Shown one piece after another: positions 25,120-37,790 of a stretch of 64,000 nt of DNA. Position 1 is the stretch's first letter, and each line of letters begins with the position of its first letter. The translations under genes were made by a program, and so were the position numbers. The notes beneath the pieces were generated by a model. The model was not told where the DNA came from and did no database searches. It was given only the letters and a program-made list of their open reading frames with translations. Source of the stretch: Mobula hypostoma (Eukaryota); the NCBI RefSeq assembly GCF_963921235.1, contig NC_086116.1, positions 23,870,001 to 23,934,000 of the forward strand, read 5' to 3'.

Positions 25120-27489
25120 TTTGTTTCAACACGAAGAAACTCAACGCAGTGGCATAGAAACCCCACCGCCAACTAGCGGTTTGGTGGTGAATTGCAGAGT
25201 GACGCAGACACACCAACGCACAAGTATAAATGCTCACAACACACGTAGGCCACTTGCGTAGGTTACGGCGTCGATTAACACAGAAGTATAAATCAGCCTT
25301 TAGCTCGACTTCAGTGGTTGGCAAGTTGACATATTCCATTATTTAGGATGAGGTTTCAGGGTACATAGAAGCACATAATAAAATAGGTCAAAGCCAGCAT
25401 GGTTTCCTTAAAGAAAATATCTGCCTGACAAATCAGTTGGAATTCTTTGAGGAAATATGGTTACTACAGACAACGGAGAGGGAGTAATGTTGTTTACTTG
25501 GATTTTCAGAGGCCTTTGATAAAGCCCAGCATGAGGATGCTGAACAAGAGCTTATAGTATTACAGGAAGGATTCTAGCAAGGGCAGAAGATTAGCTGACT
25601 GGCAAAAGGCAAAAAGATGGGAATAAAGGAGTCCTTTTCTGGTTAGCTGCTGATGACTACTGGTGTTTTAGAGGAGTCGGTGTTGGGTCTGGTACTTTAC
25701 ACATTGTATGTTAATAGTCAAATGACAGAATTACAAACAAAAGAAAATCTGCATAAGCTGGAAATCCAAACAACATTACAAAATTCTGGAGGAACTCAGC
25801 AGGCCAGGCAGCATCTATGGAAAAGAATATATGTTGACGATTTGGGCCAAGACCCTTCATAAGGACTGAAGGAAAAAAAGAGGAGTCAGAGTTAGTAGGT
25901 AGGGGGAGGGGAAGAAGAAGCACAAGGTGATAGGACAAACCGGGAGGAGGAGGGATGAAGTAAAGAGCTGGGAAGTTGATTGGTGAAAGAGATACAGGGC
26001 TGAGAAGGAGGAATTTAATAGGAGAGGACAGAAGGCCATGGAAAGAAAAGGGGAGAGGAGCACTAGAGGGAGGTGATGGGCAGGTCAGGAGATAAGATGC
26101 AACAGCTTTCATTCCAAATCGTACTGCCTTGGCTTGTGCATTACATAGACAGCTACAACACAATATCCATAGCTGACCACGACCAATAGATGACGTCACT
26201 TGATGGGCCAAATGGCCTAATTCTGCTCATGTGTCTAATGTCCCATTGTAGGGGAACCACTGAGTAAAATATTATGTTTTATTTTAGAGATACAGCACAG
26301 TAACAGGCCCTTCTGGACCAACAAGCCCATGCCACCCAGTTATACCCATGCGACCAACTAACCCATTAACTCGAACGTCATTGTAAGGTGGGAGAATACC
26401 GGAGCACCAGGAGAAATACACACAGTCACGGTGAAGAACATATAGACCCCTTACAAACAGCAGCAGACTTGCACATGGGTCGCTGGCACTGTATTACGTT
26501 ACACTAGCAACTGTGCTATCGTGCCGTCTCCAACCCCATCCCCCACCACCTTCACCTCTTCTGGATAACAAAGTGCATTATATACATGTTATGTCTGAAG
26601 TATTACAAATAATTATAATGTCTGCTTTAATAACTGAGAAAGGACTATTAACCAGAGCACCAGAACTCCTTGCTTTCTTCAAAAGGAATTATTTGCTTTC
26701 ACCTGAACACACAATAGATAGAACCACTGTTGAACATTTCATTCAAAATAGAGAGCTTCTTCATCTAGTCCAACAATACTAGGCACTTGAAAAGTCCTCA
26801 GTAGTACAATGCAATCTCGGCTATCTTGCATACTTTTAGACGCTCAATTAATGAGAGAGAGCTTCCACTCAGAAAACTAGCACAGCTGAACAAATGCTGA
26901 AGATGCCTTTGTGAAACAACCTTCTGCAAGCAACTATAATAATGAAGTACAGTAAGGTAGGGATGTTTGATCAGCTGAATTAGATGAAAGCAATATGAAC
27001 ACTAAAATAGTTACAAGTTGTAGTCATTCCTCCAGATGGGCATAAAAGGGATATCTGTCAATAGGACAATAAAGTAGAGTTCAATTCAAACCCAATTTTC
27101 TTCACATGCTTCGTCACTGATTTTCCACTCCACCGTAGGAGTTCAGGTCCATTACAATTTAGCAGATACAGAAGCAGTCATACTCACAAAAAATTAGGTC
27201 CGAAAAAAAACAGGTTAAGTTGCTTAGCAGCAGTCTCAAACAAGGTAGAAAACTTTATCATTGAATGGCAATAACTTTCTTCCAGAAACATCCATCACTC
27301 AGTTGGAATCATACTGAACAAATCAATATAATACTTCAATTACTGGAAATGACAAACTAATCCATTCAAAACCCTGACAGCATTCCACTGCTGAAAATGC
27401 GATATCAATTTCTGAAACTTCGAATCTGAATGGGTACAATTTTCCCTCCTCTTCAAGCAACTTCTGATGACCTCTCTGGTGTTTTACAC

Positions 27490-28732
27490 TAGGGGTCCCC
27501 AACCTTTTTTGCACTGCGGACCGGTTTAATATTGACAATATTCTTGCAGACCGGCCGACCCCGGGGGTGGGGAGGGGGGGTGGTTAGGGTTGTCAACAGA
27601 CAAGAGTAGCAGTCAAATATGTTGTGTTTACCCCGAGAAAGACTACAATGACCATGAAGCCTTGCGCGGGCACCAGTGTGCATGAGTGTACGTGCCGATT
27701 TCTTTCGCTACAAATCGTTTTTGGCAATTCTGTTCGGGTGGGGGGGGGGAGTGTTAATCACGAACGGAATATAGGTGATAAGTGGCTAATACACTCAATT
27801 TCGTTTCTAAAAGGGTTTATCAAACGAATTTAATATTAAACACACAGCGCATATTTTCCTTGCATGAATATAGCGATAAGTCAATTATCGGGGAGGACAG
27901 GGGAGCTTGAAGTAAGTGCTGAACGAACTTCCAGTAGAAGTGGCAGAAGCAGGTTCGATATTATCAATTAAAGAAAAATTAGACAGCTATATGGACAGGA
28001 AAGGAGGGTTATGGGCTGAGTGCAGGTCGGTGGGACTAGGTGAGAGTAGCGTTCCGCACTGACTAGAAGGGCAGAGATGGCTTGTTTCCGTGCTGTAATT
28101 GTTATATGGTTATATAAGTCACTTATAGGTCAATAGCATCATAACATTTCAAGTAACATTTGGATATTAAACACACAGCACATATTTTACCCGTATGAAC
28201 GTATAAAATCATTGCAACACACCAATATCGCTGGGCTGAATCAGTGGGAGCCCTGGGCTTGTTTTCCTGCAACAAGACAGGGCCATCGAGGGGTGATGGG
28301 AGACAGCGATACTCGAAGGGGGTTCCTTATGTCCAGTCTATTCCGCAATTTAGTTTTCGTTGCATTCATTGCAGAAAACTCCGCTTCGCAGAAAAATGTT
28401 GGAAATGGAAGCAACGTTTTCAGTGCTTTCGTGGCTACCTCAGGATATTTAGCCTTGACTTAGATCCAGAATGCCGGCAGAGATGTTAAGTCAAACATAC
28501 TTTTCAGCCCGCCATTATTTACAAACTTGAGGAGTTGATCTCCTTCCTGTGCTGACACGGATGACGCGCGGGTAATGACCTCGCGTGCGTAATGGCTCAA
28601 CAGTGGGCGTGACAGGGAATGAGGAAAAGCGCAACTGACTCATATTGTCAAATCATATCGTTTCCTCGCGGCCCGGTAGCACATGCTTTGCGGCCCGGTA
28701 CCGGTCCGCGGCCCGGTGGTTGGGGACCACTG
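27490..28732 (-). mobile_element. Non-autonomous hAT (Charlie/Buster-like) element
   Basis: Termini TAGGGGTCCCCAACC / GGTTGGGGACCACTG; 8-bp TSD TTTTACAC (27482-27489, 28733-28740); minus strand 28241-~28550 encodes FWI*VKAKYPEVATKALKTLLPFPT..CEA.FS.M..TKTKLRNRLD...KQAQGSH*, a Buster-type hAT C-terminus. Confidence 0.9.
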
Positions 28733-29275
28733 TTTTACACAAATAAACTGAAACAAGGTAATTTCTCTGTTGAGACTTTTTAAAATGCCTTTTCATGGAT
28801 TGCCACAAATATTGTTTCAACCTGGCTGCTCAGAGCCAACAGAAAATAGCTCAGCCAACTGTTTTCCAGTACACGTCACTTATGTACTATGAATAAGGTT
28901 ATGAATTCAAAGGGGAGGAAGAATCAACTTTATATCTACCATTCATTGACATCAGCCAGCAGCTGTGTATGAACAGAAGCTCCACTGCATAACCCTGTTC
29001 AATATTTAGGTTCAGATTTATCACATGTACATTAAAAATATAATGAAAAGCATAGTTTTTGGGTTAGGGGTGCATGTGTATTATTTATCATGTATTGCAT
29101 TATACTGCTGCTGCAAGGTTAACAGATTTCACGATATATGTCAGTGATATTAAAGCTGATATTGATGTAAAACTTAGTGGTGATAAAAATGGCCAAATTT
29201 CCTTTTTGAAAATTTAGTTGGAAATGTTTACTATTCTGATAGCATGCACCAATCTGTCATCGAGTGTGTATATAT

Positions 29276-29280
<5 letters not shown>

Positions 29281-29311
<31 letters not shown>
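29281..29311. repeat. (AC)n microsatellite
   Basis: About 15 perfect AC units. Confidence 0.95.
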
Positions 29312-29315
<4 letters not shown>

Positions 29316-29642
29316 CCTATTTATTTTAAAATTTATCCCAAAATTCTATTACCTTGATTATTTTACTATAATGTGCAAAACTGGCCAATTTCCATCAAGC
29401 ATCATATAAAATGACGGTCAACAAAGAAAAAGCCCCCAAGCCCTGGGGTATCTCGTTCAATACTTATTTCCTAACCTTCACCCAATCTTGTCACCCATTT
29501 GTCATGACTTACACAGTTTTTGAGTAAAACTAATACAACTCAAAAGTTAGTGCATGAATGACAGAAAATCTAAAATTTCATAGAGTTTATGATCAAAGGT
29601 AACTAATCATCTCTTACATAAATTTGTATTTTAGCAATATAC

Positions 29643-29712
29643 CTGCAATCTGGTCAACTGTGCAGTCCGAGCAACAATCTTGTTGTAAGGATCAACAATT
29701 TTTCCTCTGATC
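29643..29712 (-). CDS. COG5: COG5 coding exon 5 ([24 protein letters not shown])
   Basis: 70 nt, AG/GT boundaries, phase consistent. Confidence 0.95.
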
Positions 29713-30954
29713 CTGTTCAAACGAAACAAAATTGGCAAGTAACCAAGTGAGTGAATGAATTGTTGAAATAAAGTTCTGTGCAAAACAGAGTAGTATTACA
29801 AGGCTTTTGTTTCAAATTCTACTGTGACAATACGAAAACTAATATACAACGATGGGCACAGAATTCCAGATTAATGAGAATGAGCATTTATAAGCCAGCT
29901 GACTTTAATAAAACGGATTCAATACAAACAACTGTCTTTTATTAAAACCATCAAATTGCTTAAAAAACACCACAGAAATTTCCATAATCTGCCAAAATAT
30001 AACTTCAGTGCATGATAAGATGTGGTCATAAGCTGCAGAAACAAAGTAAAATTCCTTAAGCATTTATTCCAACTCTTACATACCCCAGCCAAGCAAAAAA
30101 ATTCTCAGATGTAAACTTAGTTGTAACTGCAACTTGTTTAAGTGTTCAGACTTCTACCTCTCTTTGAGCAAAGTGCTTCCCATTTTCTGTACTCAGAAGT
30201 TCTCATCCTAGTTTTCTCATTAAACTATTTGCTTCCCATCTACCGTACAACTTATTTTCAAAATCCCAAGATGTGTGCAAGATACCAAAAGACAGATTCA
30301 TTCATTTTCTCTACACACCATCTACCCAAAGAATCATATTCCTCAAAGAGAGTAAATGGTTTCCTAGCAAATTCCATGAACATTTTCCCCAAAGTAATTC
30401 AAAAATTCCTGATCTATAACCAGTATTTTGACTTGTAGAATTGCACCAGCCTATGATATATTTTAAAGAAAGTAAAATTAATGTTCCTTTTTCATCAGTT
30501 ACTTCATATCATTTTAGTTTCACTGATTCTATTGTATTTCTTTGTTCTGCCGTAATATCCCGCAAGAAAATGAATGTAAGGGTCATATATGGTGACATAT
30601 ATGCACTTTGATAATAAATTTACTTTGATTTATTTAAGTTCCATTACTTCTAGGAACCAGTCACTTCAACTTGTGGTGTATTTAAACACATTATTGTTAA
30701 TCTGTATTTTATTTATCTAACTTTGCTCACCTCCATCAAGTACATGATTGGACGTTAACAAACTATGTAAAATGTCCATATATATTTTGTGACGCCAAAA
30801 TAGGCCAAACCCCATTTTTTTTTAACCAAAAATAAATGATGATGTGTGATACAACATAAATCATGCTAGGTAACAGAAACAGCATTATGCAAGTTATTTC
30901 TAAAACTATAATTTCACATATATAGTTCACTATAATATTATGCTTCCACTGTAC

Positions 30955-31009
30955 CTGTCAACAGTGCACTGAAGAGCAGAAATCCGAGTCTGCATCATCT
31001 GAAGAACTC
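30955..31009 (-). CDS. COG5: COG5 coding exon 4 (GVLQMMQTRISALQCTVDR)
   Basis: 55 nt, AG/GT boundaries, phase consistent. Confidence 0.95.
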
Positions 31010-33693
31010 CTAAGAAGTATTAGAGTCAAATTATTAAAAAAAAGATATAAACCTATAAAACATTTACAAAGAAATAGGCAAGCCAAGCAAAATGTTGTCA
31101 ATTTAAATCTTAAAATATTCTACTGACCCAGTATTCAGGGCATTCTAAAATTTAATATTTCCATTAATGACTAAAAAACTGTGCTTCCGAAGTTCACTTA
31201 TAAATGACCTAGCTTTAAACTACAGTGTGGTTTGCCACAATGGATGAAATAGTTTCTTTATCTCTGGTCCATCAAAACCCTGTAATTTTAAAATAATCTA
31301 ATTTTATCTTTTAACCTCAAATTTAAATTAATTTCACATTATCTTTAAGAACTTAACTCTTTAAAACATGGCATCATTGTAGTAAATCTGAACTGTATCT
31401 AACTGGTGACTGGCACCCAGTGCCCAAAATTGAAGGGCAGTCTGAATGTTTTGTAACCTAAGTTCTTTTTGCAAATGTTTTTACAGCCTTGCGATGAAGA
31501 CATATTCCAATTAACCATTATGACAATGCATACACTTTTAACCTTCATCATATAAATGCCATCAATTAGCACCTGAACAACTTCAAATCTCTCATCATTA
31601 ATAAATATTCTGATTTGTCCTTGTTCATGCAAATAGTCTACAGTCCCCATTGACTTAGTTGCAGGAAGCTCTAAACAAGTTCAGGAGTCAAATGTACAAA
31701 TCATAAATCAATGAAAAGGGCAATTTGGTCCATCATGCTCATTCTGCCTGCAGCATCTAATTTGACAACACTCTACTCCTTCCCATCTTGTTTAACAAGT
31801 TCATCTTTCCAAGAAACGAAAAGAAATCTCCAAATCAGTTTATGGACTCTCAGAATAAAGTACCGTACATCCTGAGAGACAAAGGAGTATTATTAATAAT
31901 ATAGTATTGTCACTCCCAAATCAGAAATTTACTCAACATCTTTCTATGCTGTATGCTTGACAAGAGTATAACAAGTTCTACTCCATTCTGCTGAACTTGT
32001 CAAGAATTCCAAGTGTTTTATGAAACCAAAAAAGATAAGAATTGTAAAATACCACTAAAAGAAAACAAATAGTCAACCACGGAGTGGGTTTTAAATGTAC
32101 CATATTTTATTTTGCTTTTATTTCAGCCATGATTTAATGGCAAAACACACTGAATGGGCCAAATGGCCTAATTCTGCTCCTATGTCTAATTGTCTTTATG
32201 TTTAACTTTAAGCTGCAAGTGACAGAAGATCACATCCTGTGATACAAAAGACAGATGCTCAATTCAGTAATTTTGGCAATTCTACGTTATTTTTAAATGT
32301 CAAAGGTTTTTGGAAAAATATAGCAGACCAATTTTAATTTGTGGGCATTCACAAGCAAAAACAAGGACTTCAAGAATAGCTTAAAAAGAAACTTAAAATC
32401 ATTGCCTTTTAATCAGTTTTTAAAAGGAATCCAAAAATGTTTCTTAATAAAAAACTTAATGGATTTAAACTAAAAAACACAAAATAGATATTGCCAAGGG
32501 AAGCTTCTCATCAGATCTATCTAAAAGGAATTCAGAGTTCAACCTTCAGTCACTTTCTTAAGTAATTCCAAAAACACTCTTACCGTCATTAAATTAGCTA
32601 CAGCTTATCCGTAACAACAGAACCATTTTCAGCTCTGTTACTTCAGTTCAACACAAACATAGAAATATCTGGAAATTAGGAACTCCATTTCAACGTGCAT
32701 CAAGTAACCTTCATTTGCAGTTTTCATTGCATGAAAAATAAAGTGGACAAACCAAATATTCCAGGATTCATACCTTCATAAACAATTGTGCCACACTTTG
32801 GAGTTCTACCAACAGGAGTTAATTATCCATTTAGTTAATTTTCCATTTGTTGGGTTCCTTCTTCAATCCTATTTTGGAAAGCTGGCCACATCGTTCTGAA
32901 ACCTACTGGCAGTTTGCACTGTGCAAGCTAACTACTGCAAAGCTAGATTGTTTGAATGATACAACCCAAACTGGTCAGTGGTTAGGATTAATGTATTGAA
33001 GACCCGGTTTGGGCAGCTCTCTCTATAGAATACATATGTGAAAATTTAAATGTCAGAGACTTGTATTTATACAGTATGCATCATACAGTGGGTGTACTGT
33101 CAATTCTAATAGGTGGCATTCCTCAATTTGATTGCTTCATGTACTAACATAATATTTAGGTACAGTATATGATGTCAAATCACAAAAATATATACACATT
33201 ACTAAATTTACCTCAAAGCAGGCAAGTCCTGTGGAGCTGATTTTTTTATTCATAGTGGAGCCCCACTCACCAGCCAACAACCCAACTCCCACACTCCCTC
33301 CTCACTACCACCTCTTATAATGGCAGAGCTCCACACAAATCTCTCCTTTTTATTGTTGGCTTTTGCCTCACAAGGTTGTCTTAAACAGGACAAAAGCAAA
33401 GGAAGCCCTCTATCCCTGTAATAAAGCTGCACAATCAATCCCTGTCACCACGAATTCTTTTTGTCACACCACATGAAATTATCTGCATATCTGACATCTT
33501 AAGTAATAAAAAGACATGGTTCTTGAAGCCTGTGAATAGTCTGAATTAGTTTCAAGGGACAGTTTGCTGACATTTATAATACAAAATTATTGAAATTGCC
33601 AGATATCTTGTTGAGGTGTGGGGCAGGAAAGAATGGTCGATCTGGTTTGCATAGCTCTCATTGCACTGCAAAGTTTTTTGAAAATACACCTAC

Positions 33694-33751
33694 CTTCCAG
33701 TGACTCTATGCCAGTGGCCTGAGCCAGCAAGTTTTCATGTCTTGCAACAAC
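33694..33751 (-). CDS. COG5: COG5 coding exon 3 (VVARHENLLAQATGIESLE)
   Basis: 58 nt, AG/GT boundaries, phase consistent. Confidence 0.95.
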
Positions 33752-34199
33752 CTGCGAAAACACAATCCCATTAAATATGTTACTCAATTAACATGGTATT
33801 TTATCCTAAGGTGTACTGTATCCTACATTAAACTTAAATTAGCAAGCTAACTCAAACTTAGAGCAAAAAAACTGGCTCTTTAATCAATAAATTTGAGGTC
33901 CAACATGAAAGATTTTTCAAATAATTTTTTTCAAAAGCAATCTGCTTCCTATCTAACCATTCCATGTACCTATATCTTTTACATTGGCACTCATCATAGG
34001 AAATTAAAAGTTAGTCACTCTCAAGCACCAATATTCCTCTTGTTTCATTAATATAGAAACACGCCAAAATATTATGAAATATTTTTCCACCTTTTTTAAA
34101 AACTTTCACTTAAATATTGATATACATGGAAAAAATAAGATGTTTTTATGTTTTAATGTTTTCTCTCCACCTCAGCAGCTCCTTTATTCTACCAGAATT

Positions 34200-34785
34200 C
34201 ACTCATAATAAACCAAATGGTGGGTAATAAAATGGTTGAGTTCACGGCGCTGGCCAGGCGTCAGAGAACACTTCGGGAGTGCAGGGTTATGTGTTTTACT
34301 GGAATGGGGCTGCATGAGGACATACCCGATCAAATCTTTTCCATGGACGGCTTCCAGACCGTTCGGGCTGACCAGAAGTGCACTGAGAGCGGTAAGCGTA
34401 AAGGAGTTGGGTGCTTACTGTTCTGGTTAACAACGGTTGGTGAAATCCGGGTCATATTACGATCGAGGAACGTGTTTGTAGATCGGATATTGAACTTTTT
34501 GCTGTTGGACCCCGGCCATATTCCACCGAGATACAACACTGGGCGTCACAGGAGGTTGGTCCTGCCTGTGGCCATCGAACTTTGCAGCTCCTCCTGTGGA
34601 GGGTCAGACACCCTGAGCCAATAGGCTGGTCCTGGACTTATTTCCATCTGGCATAGCTTCCATTTTGTTGTTTGATTGTTTGTGGTTTTTGTATTGCTAT
34701 ATTTATGCTCTATTCTTGGTTGGTGCGGCTGTAACGAAACCCAATTTCCCTCGGGATCAATACAGTATATCTATCTATCTATCTC
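34200..34785 (+). mobile_element. Internally deleted Rex1/Babar LINE (APE start joined to 3' end) with (CTAT)n tail
   Basis: RECRVMCFT..IPD...DGFQTVRAD..SGKRKG (APE N-terminus), then directly RHRR..LPVAI.L (ORF C-terminus) and the 3' UTR. Confidence 0.7.
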
Positions 34786-35796
34786 ATAGCCTAGTGCATT
34801 CTTTTGTGCAACTTTCCTTGTCTTAGATACATTCCCATCCAAAATATTTGCTGTGCTGCAAACCCAACCCCACCAACTTTACCCAACCAATAATAATCTG
34901 ATACAAAGCTCCAAAAAAGATGTTCCCTTTATCAACCTCAACAGGATTTATGGAACATTTGTACTGCACTATACTAAAAGACACCATTCAAGCCACTGTG
35001 GCTACAGCACCTCGCCAGGTAACTAGGAAGAAATATTAGACTAGACTTTGAGGTCAGCAGAAAGACACCACACTTCAGACTACAATAAACCACACCCATG
35101 AAAATGCTGAAAGAACTGTTGGCAGCCAGCTTTTTGGCTTTCAAAATTCACTAAAACCATTCCAACTATTAACAAATAAATGATTTCAAACTGATGATTA
35201 ACAAATCTATTAAAAAGGTTAAAAGTAAGCAAAAACTATTTTTAAAAATTGTAAAATTAACTAATATTTATTTTGATTCTTGGCAGCTATTCCTCTCCAG
35301 CCAAACAAATGGAGGTGTTCCCACGGTAGAGCTAACCTGCTACAGGTTGTTTGACAGGTTCCCACAGGAAATTACTGGGAAAACGCCATGACTGCACAGT
35401 CCATGGAGAGTACAGAACACAGTATGTAGACTAGTACACCACAGGCCCTTCAGCCCACAATGCTATGCCAAACTGAACAAATTAGCAATCAAATACCCAA
35501 CTAAACTAATCCCTGCTCAACTGAAATTTGGATTATTATCACTGACTTACAGTAGGTCATGAAACTTGCTTTGTGGCAACATTACAGTGCAAAATATTTT
35601 CAAAAGTTACTCTAAATTACAATAAGAAATAAAATAAACAAATAGCCCAAAAGAGGAACTTTAAGGTAGTGCTCATGGGCCATTCAGAAATACGATGGCA
35701 AAGGGGAAGATGCTGTTCCTAAATCTTCAGGCTCCTCCCTGACGGTGGTAATCAGAGGTGGCCATGCCCAAATGGTGACGGCCCTTAATGATGGAT

Positions 35797-36088
35797 CGTG
35801 TGGTGCGTGACCAAGAGGTTAGGGCATTGGGCTCACGATCTGAAGCTCGCGGGTTCGAGTCTCAGCCAAGGCAGCGTGTTGTGCCTTTGATCAAGACACT
35901 TAACCGCCTACTGTTCCAGTCCACCTAGCTGAAAAATGGGTACCGACAAATGCTGGGAGTTAACCTCGCGATAGACTGGCGTCCTATCCGGGGCGGGGGG
36001 GGACAGTCTCCTACTCACAGTCGCTTCACGCCACAGAAACCGGCATAAGCACCGGCTTGATGGGCCACAAGGCTCGGGACAGACTTTA
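35797..36088 (+). mobile_element. tRNA-derived SINE with 12-bp TSD
   Basis: A/B boxes (GTGACCAAGAGGTTAGGGC; GGGTTCGAGTCTC); TSD TTAATGATGGAT at 35785-35796 and 36089-36100. Confidence 0.85.
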
Positions 36089-36118
36089 TTAATGATGGAT
36101 ACCACTTTAATGATGGAG

Positions 36119-36277
36119 CAACACACACAAAATTCTGGAGGAACTCAGCAGGCCAGACAGCATCCAGAAAAAGAGTACAGTCAATGTTTTGGGCCAAAAC
36201 CCCTTCGCCAGTCCTGCCCAAGCATTTTGTGTGTGTTACTCAGATTTCCAGCATCTGCAGATTTTCTTTTGTTTGTG
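36119..36277. mobile_element. Short Penelope-tail-derived palindromic element with 15-bp flanking direct repeat
   Basis: ACACACACAAAATTCTGGAGGAACTCAGCAGGCCAG...GCATTTTGTGTGTGTT; flanked by ACTTTAATGATGGAG at 36104-36118 and 36278-36292. Confidence 0.7.
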
Positions 36278-36519
36278 ACTTTAATGATGGAGTTGGTTGA
36301 GTCCACAACCCTCTGCAGCATCTTTCAATCTTGTGCATTGAAGCCTCCAGGCCAAGCAGTAATGCCACCAGCTAGAATACACTCCATGTACATCTGTAGA
36401 AGTTTACTAGTCTAGGATGACATACCAAATATCCTCAATCTCCTAAAGCCATGAATATGCTTTCTTCATAATTATATCGAAATGCTGGGCCCATGATAGA
36501 TCCTCTGGAGGATTAAGAA

Positions 36520-37790
36520 TGAGGTTAAGAATGGAGGCACATGATAAAATAGGCCAAAGTCAACATGGTTTCCTTAAGGGGGAATCTTGCCTGACAAATC
36601 TGTTAGAATTCTTTGAGGAAATATCAGGCAGGTTAGACAAAGGAGAATCAGTGGATGTTGTTTATTTGGATTTTCAGAAGGCATTTGATAAGGTGCCACA
36701 CCTGAGGGTGCTTAACAAGATAAGAGCCCATTGCATGACAGGAAAACTACTAGAATGGATAGAAGATTGGGTGACTGGCAGAAGGCAAAGTGTTGGAATA
36801 AAGGAAGCCTTTTCTGGTTAGATTCCAGTGACTAGCGGTGTTCCACAGGGGTCAGAGTTGGGACCACTTCTTTTCACATTATATGTCAACAGCTTGAATG
36901 CATTTTGTGGCCTTGTTTGCAGACAATACAAAGGTACAAAAATAGGTGGAGGAGCAGGGAGACTGCAGAAGGACTTGGATTACCAGAATGTACAAAGTAC
37001 CAGATGGAATACAATGTGGAGAAGTGTATGATCATACACTTTGGTAGAAGGAATAAAGGCATGGACTATTTTCTAAACAGGGAGCAAATTCAGAAATGAG
37101 AGGTGCAAAGGGACTTGGGAGTCCTTATGCAAGATTCCCTAAAGGTTAACTTGCAAGCTGTGTCTGTGGTAAGGAAGGTAAATACAATGTAAGCATTCAT
37201 TTCAAAACGACCAGAATATAAAAGCAAAGACTAGTATATTTATAAAGCTTAGGCTTTATAAAAGCATTGGTCAGACCACACTTGGAATATGGTGAGCAGT
37301 TTTGGGCCCCTTATCTAAGAAAAGGCATGCTGGCATTGGAGACAGTTCAAAGGAGGTTCACGAGAAGTATCCTCGAAATAAAACAGTTAACATATGAGGA
37401 ACATTTGATGGTTCTGGGCCTGTACAGGCTGGAGTTTAAAAAAAAGAAGGGTGGATCTCATTGAAACCTATCAAATATTAAAAAGCCTAGAGTGGATATG
37501 GAGAGGATGATTCCTATAGTGGGAGAGTCTAGGACCAGAGGGCTCAGAATAGAGGGACATCACTTTAGAACAGAAGAGGAGGAATTTCTTCAGCCAGAGG
37601 GTGGTGAATCTATGGAATTCATTGCCACGGACAGCTGTGGAGGGCAAGTCATTGGCCATTTTTAAGAAGGGGTTGGTAGGTTCTTGATTAGTAAGTGTGT
37701 CAAAGGTTACGGGGAGAATGGGGTTGAGAGGGATAACAAAATCAGCCATGATGGAATAGCAGAGCAGACTTGATTGGTCAGATACTACTC
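36520..37790 (+). mobile_element. CR1/L2 LINE RT region and 3' end
   Basis: QHGFLKGESCLTNLLEFFE, VYLDFQKAFDKVPH, SGVPQGSELGPLLF, RPHLEY..QFWAP. Confidence 0.9.

Larger units (their letters stand above)
22126..25299. mobile_element. Full-length PIF/Harbinger DNA transposon
   Basis: TIRs AGGCTGATTTATACTTCTG / CAGAAGTATAAATCAGCCT; 3-bp TSD TTA (22123-22125, 25300-25302); convergent MADF and DDE transposase genes. Confidence 0.95.
21420..25710 (+). mobile_element. CR1/L2 LINE fragment split by the Harbinger insertion (LINE parts ~21420-22125 and 25300-25710)
   Basis: NVTPLFK..NYRPV|SxTSVVGK continues across the insertion; downstream QHGFLK..CLTN.LEFFE and GVLEESVLG motifs. Confidence 0.8.

Noticed and set aside
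34217-34624. 135-aa ORF as a novel gene
   Set aside because: Chimera of Rex1 endonuclease, out-of-frame sequence and the Rex1 C-terminus
35785-36292. CRISPR-like repeat-spacer array (four TTAATGATGGA copies)
   Set aside because: Eukaryotic context, irregular spacing, and explained as target-site duplications
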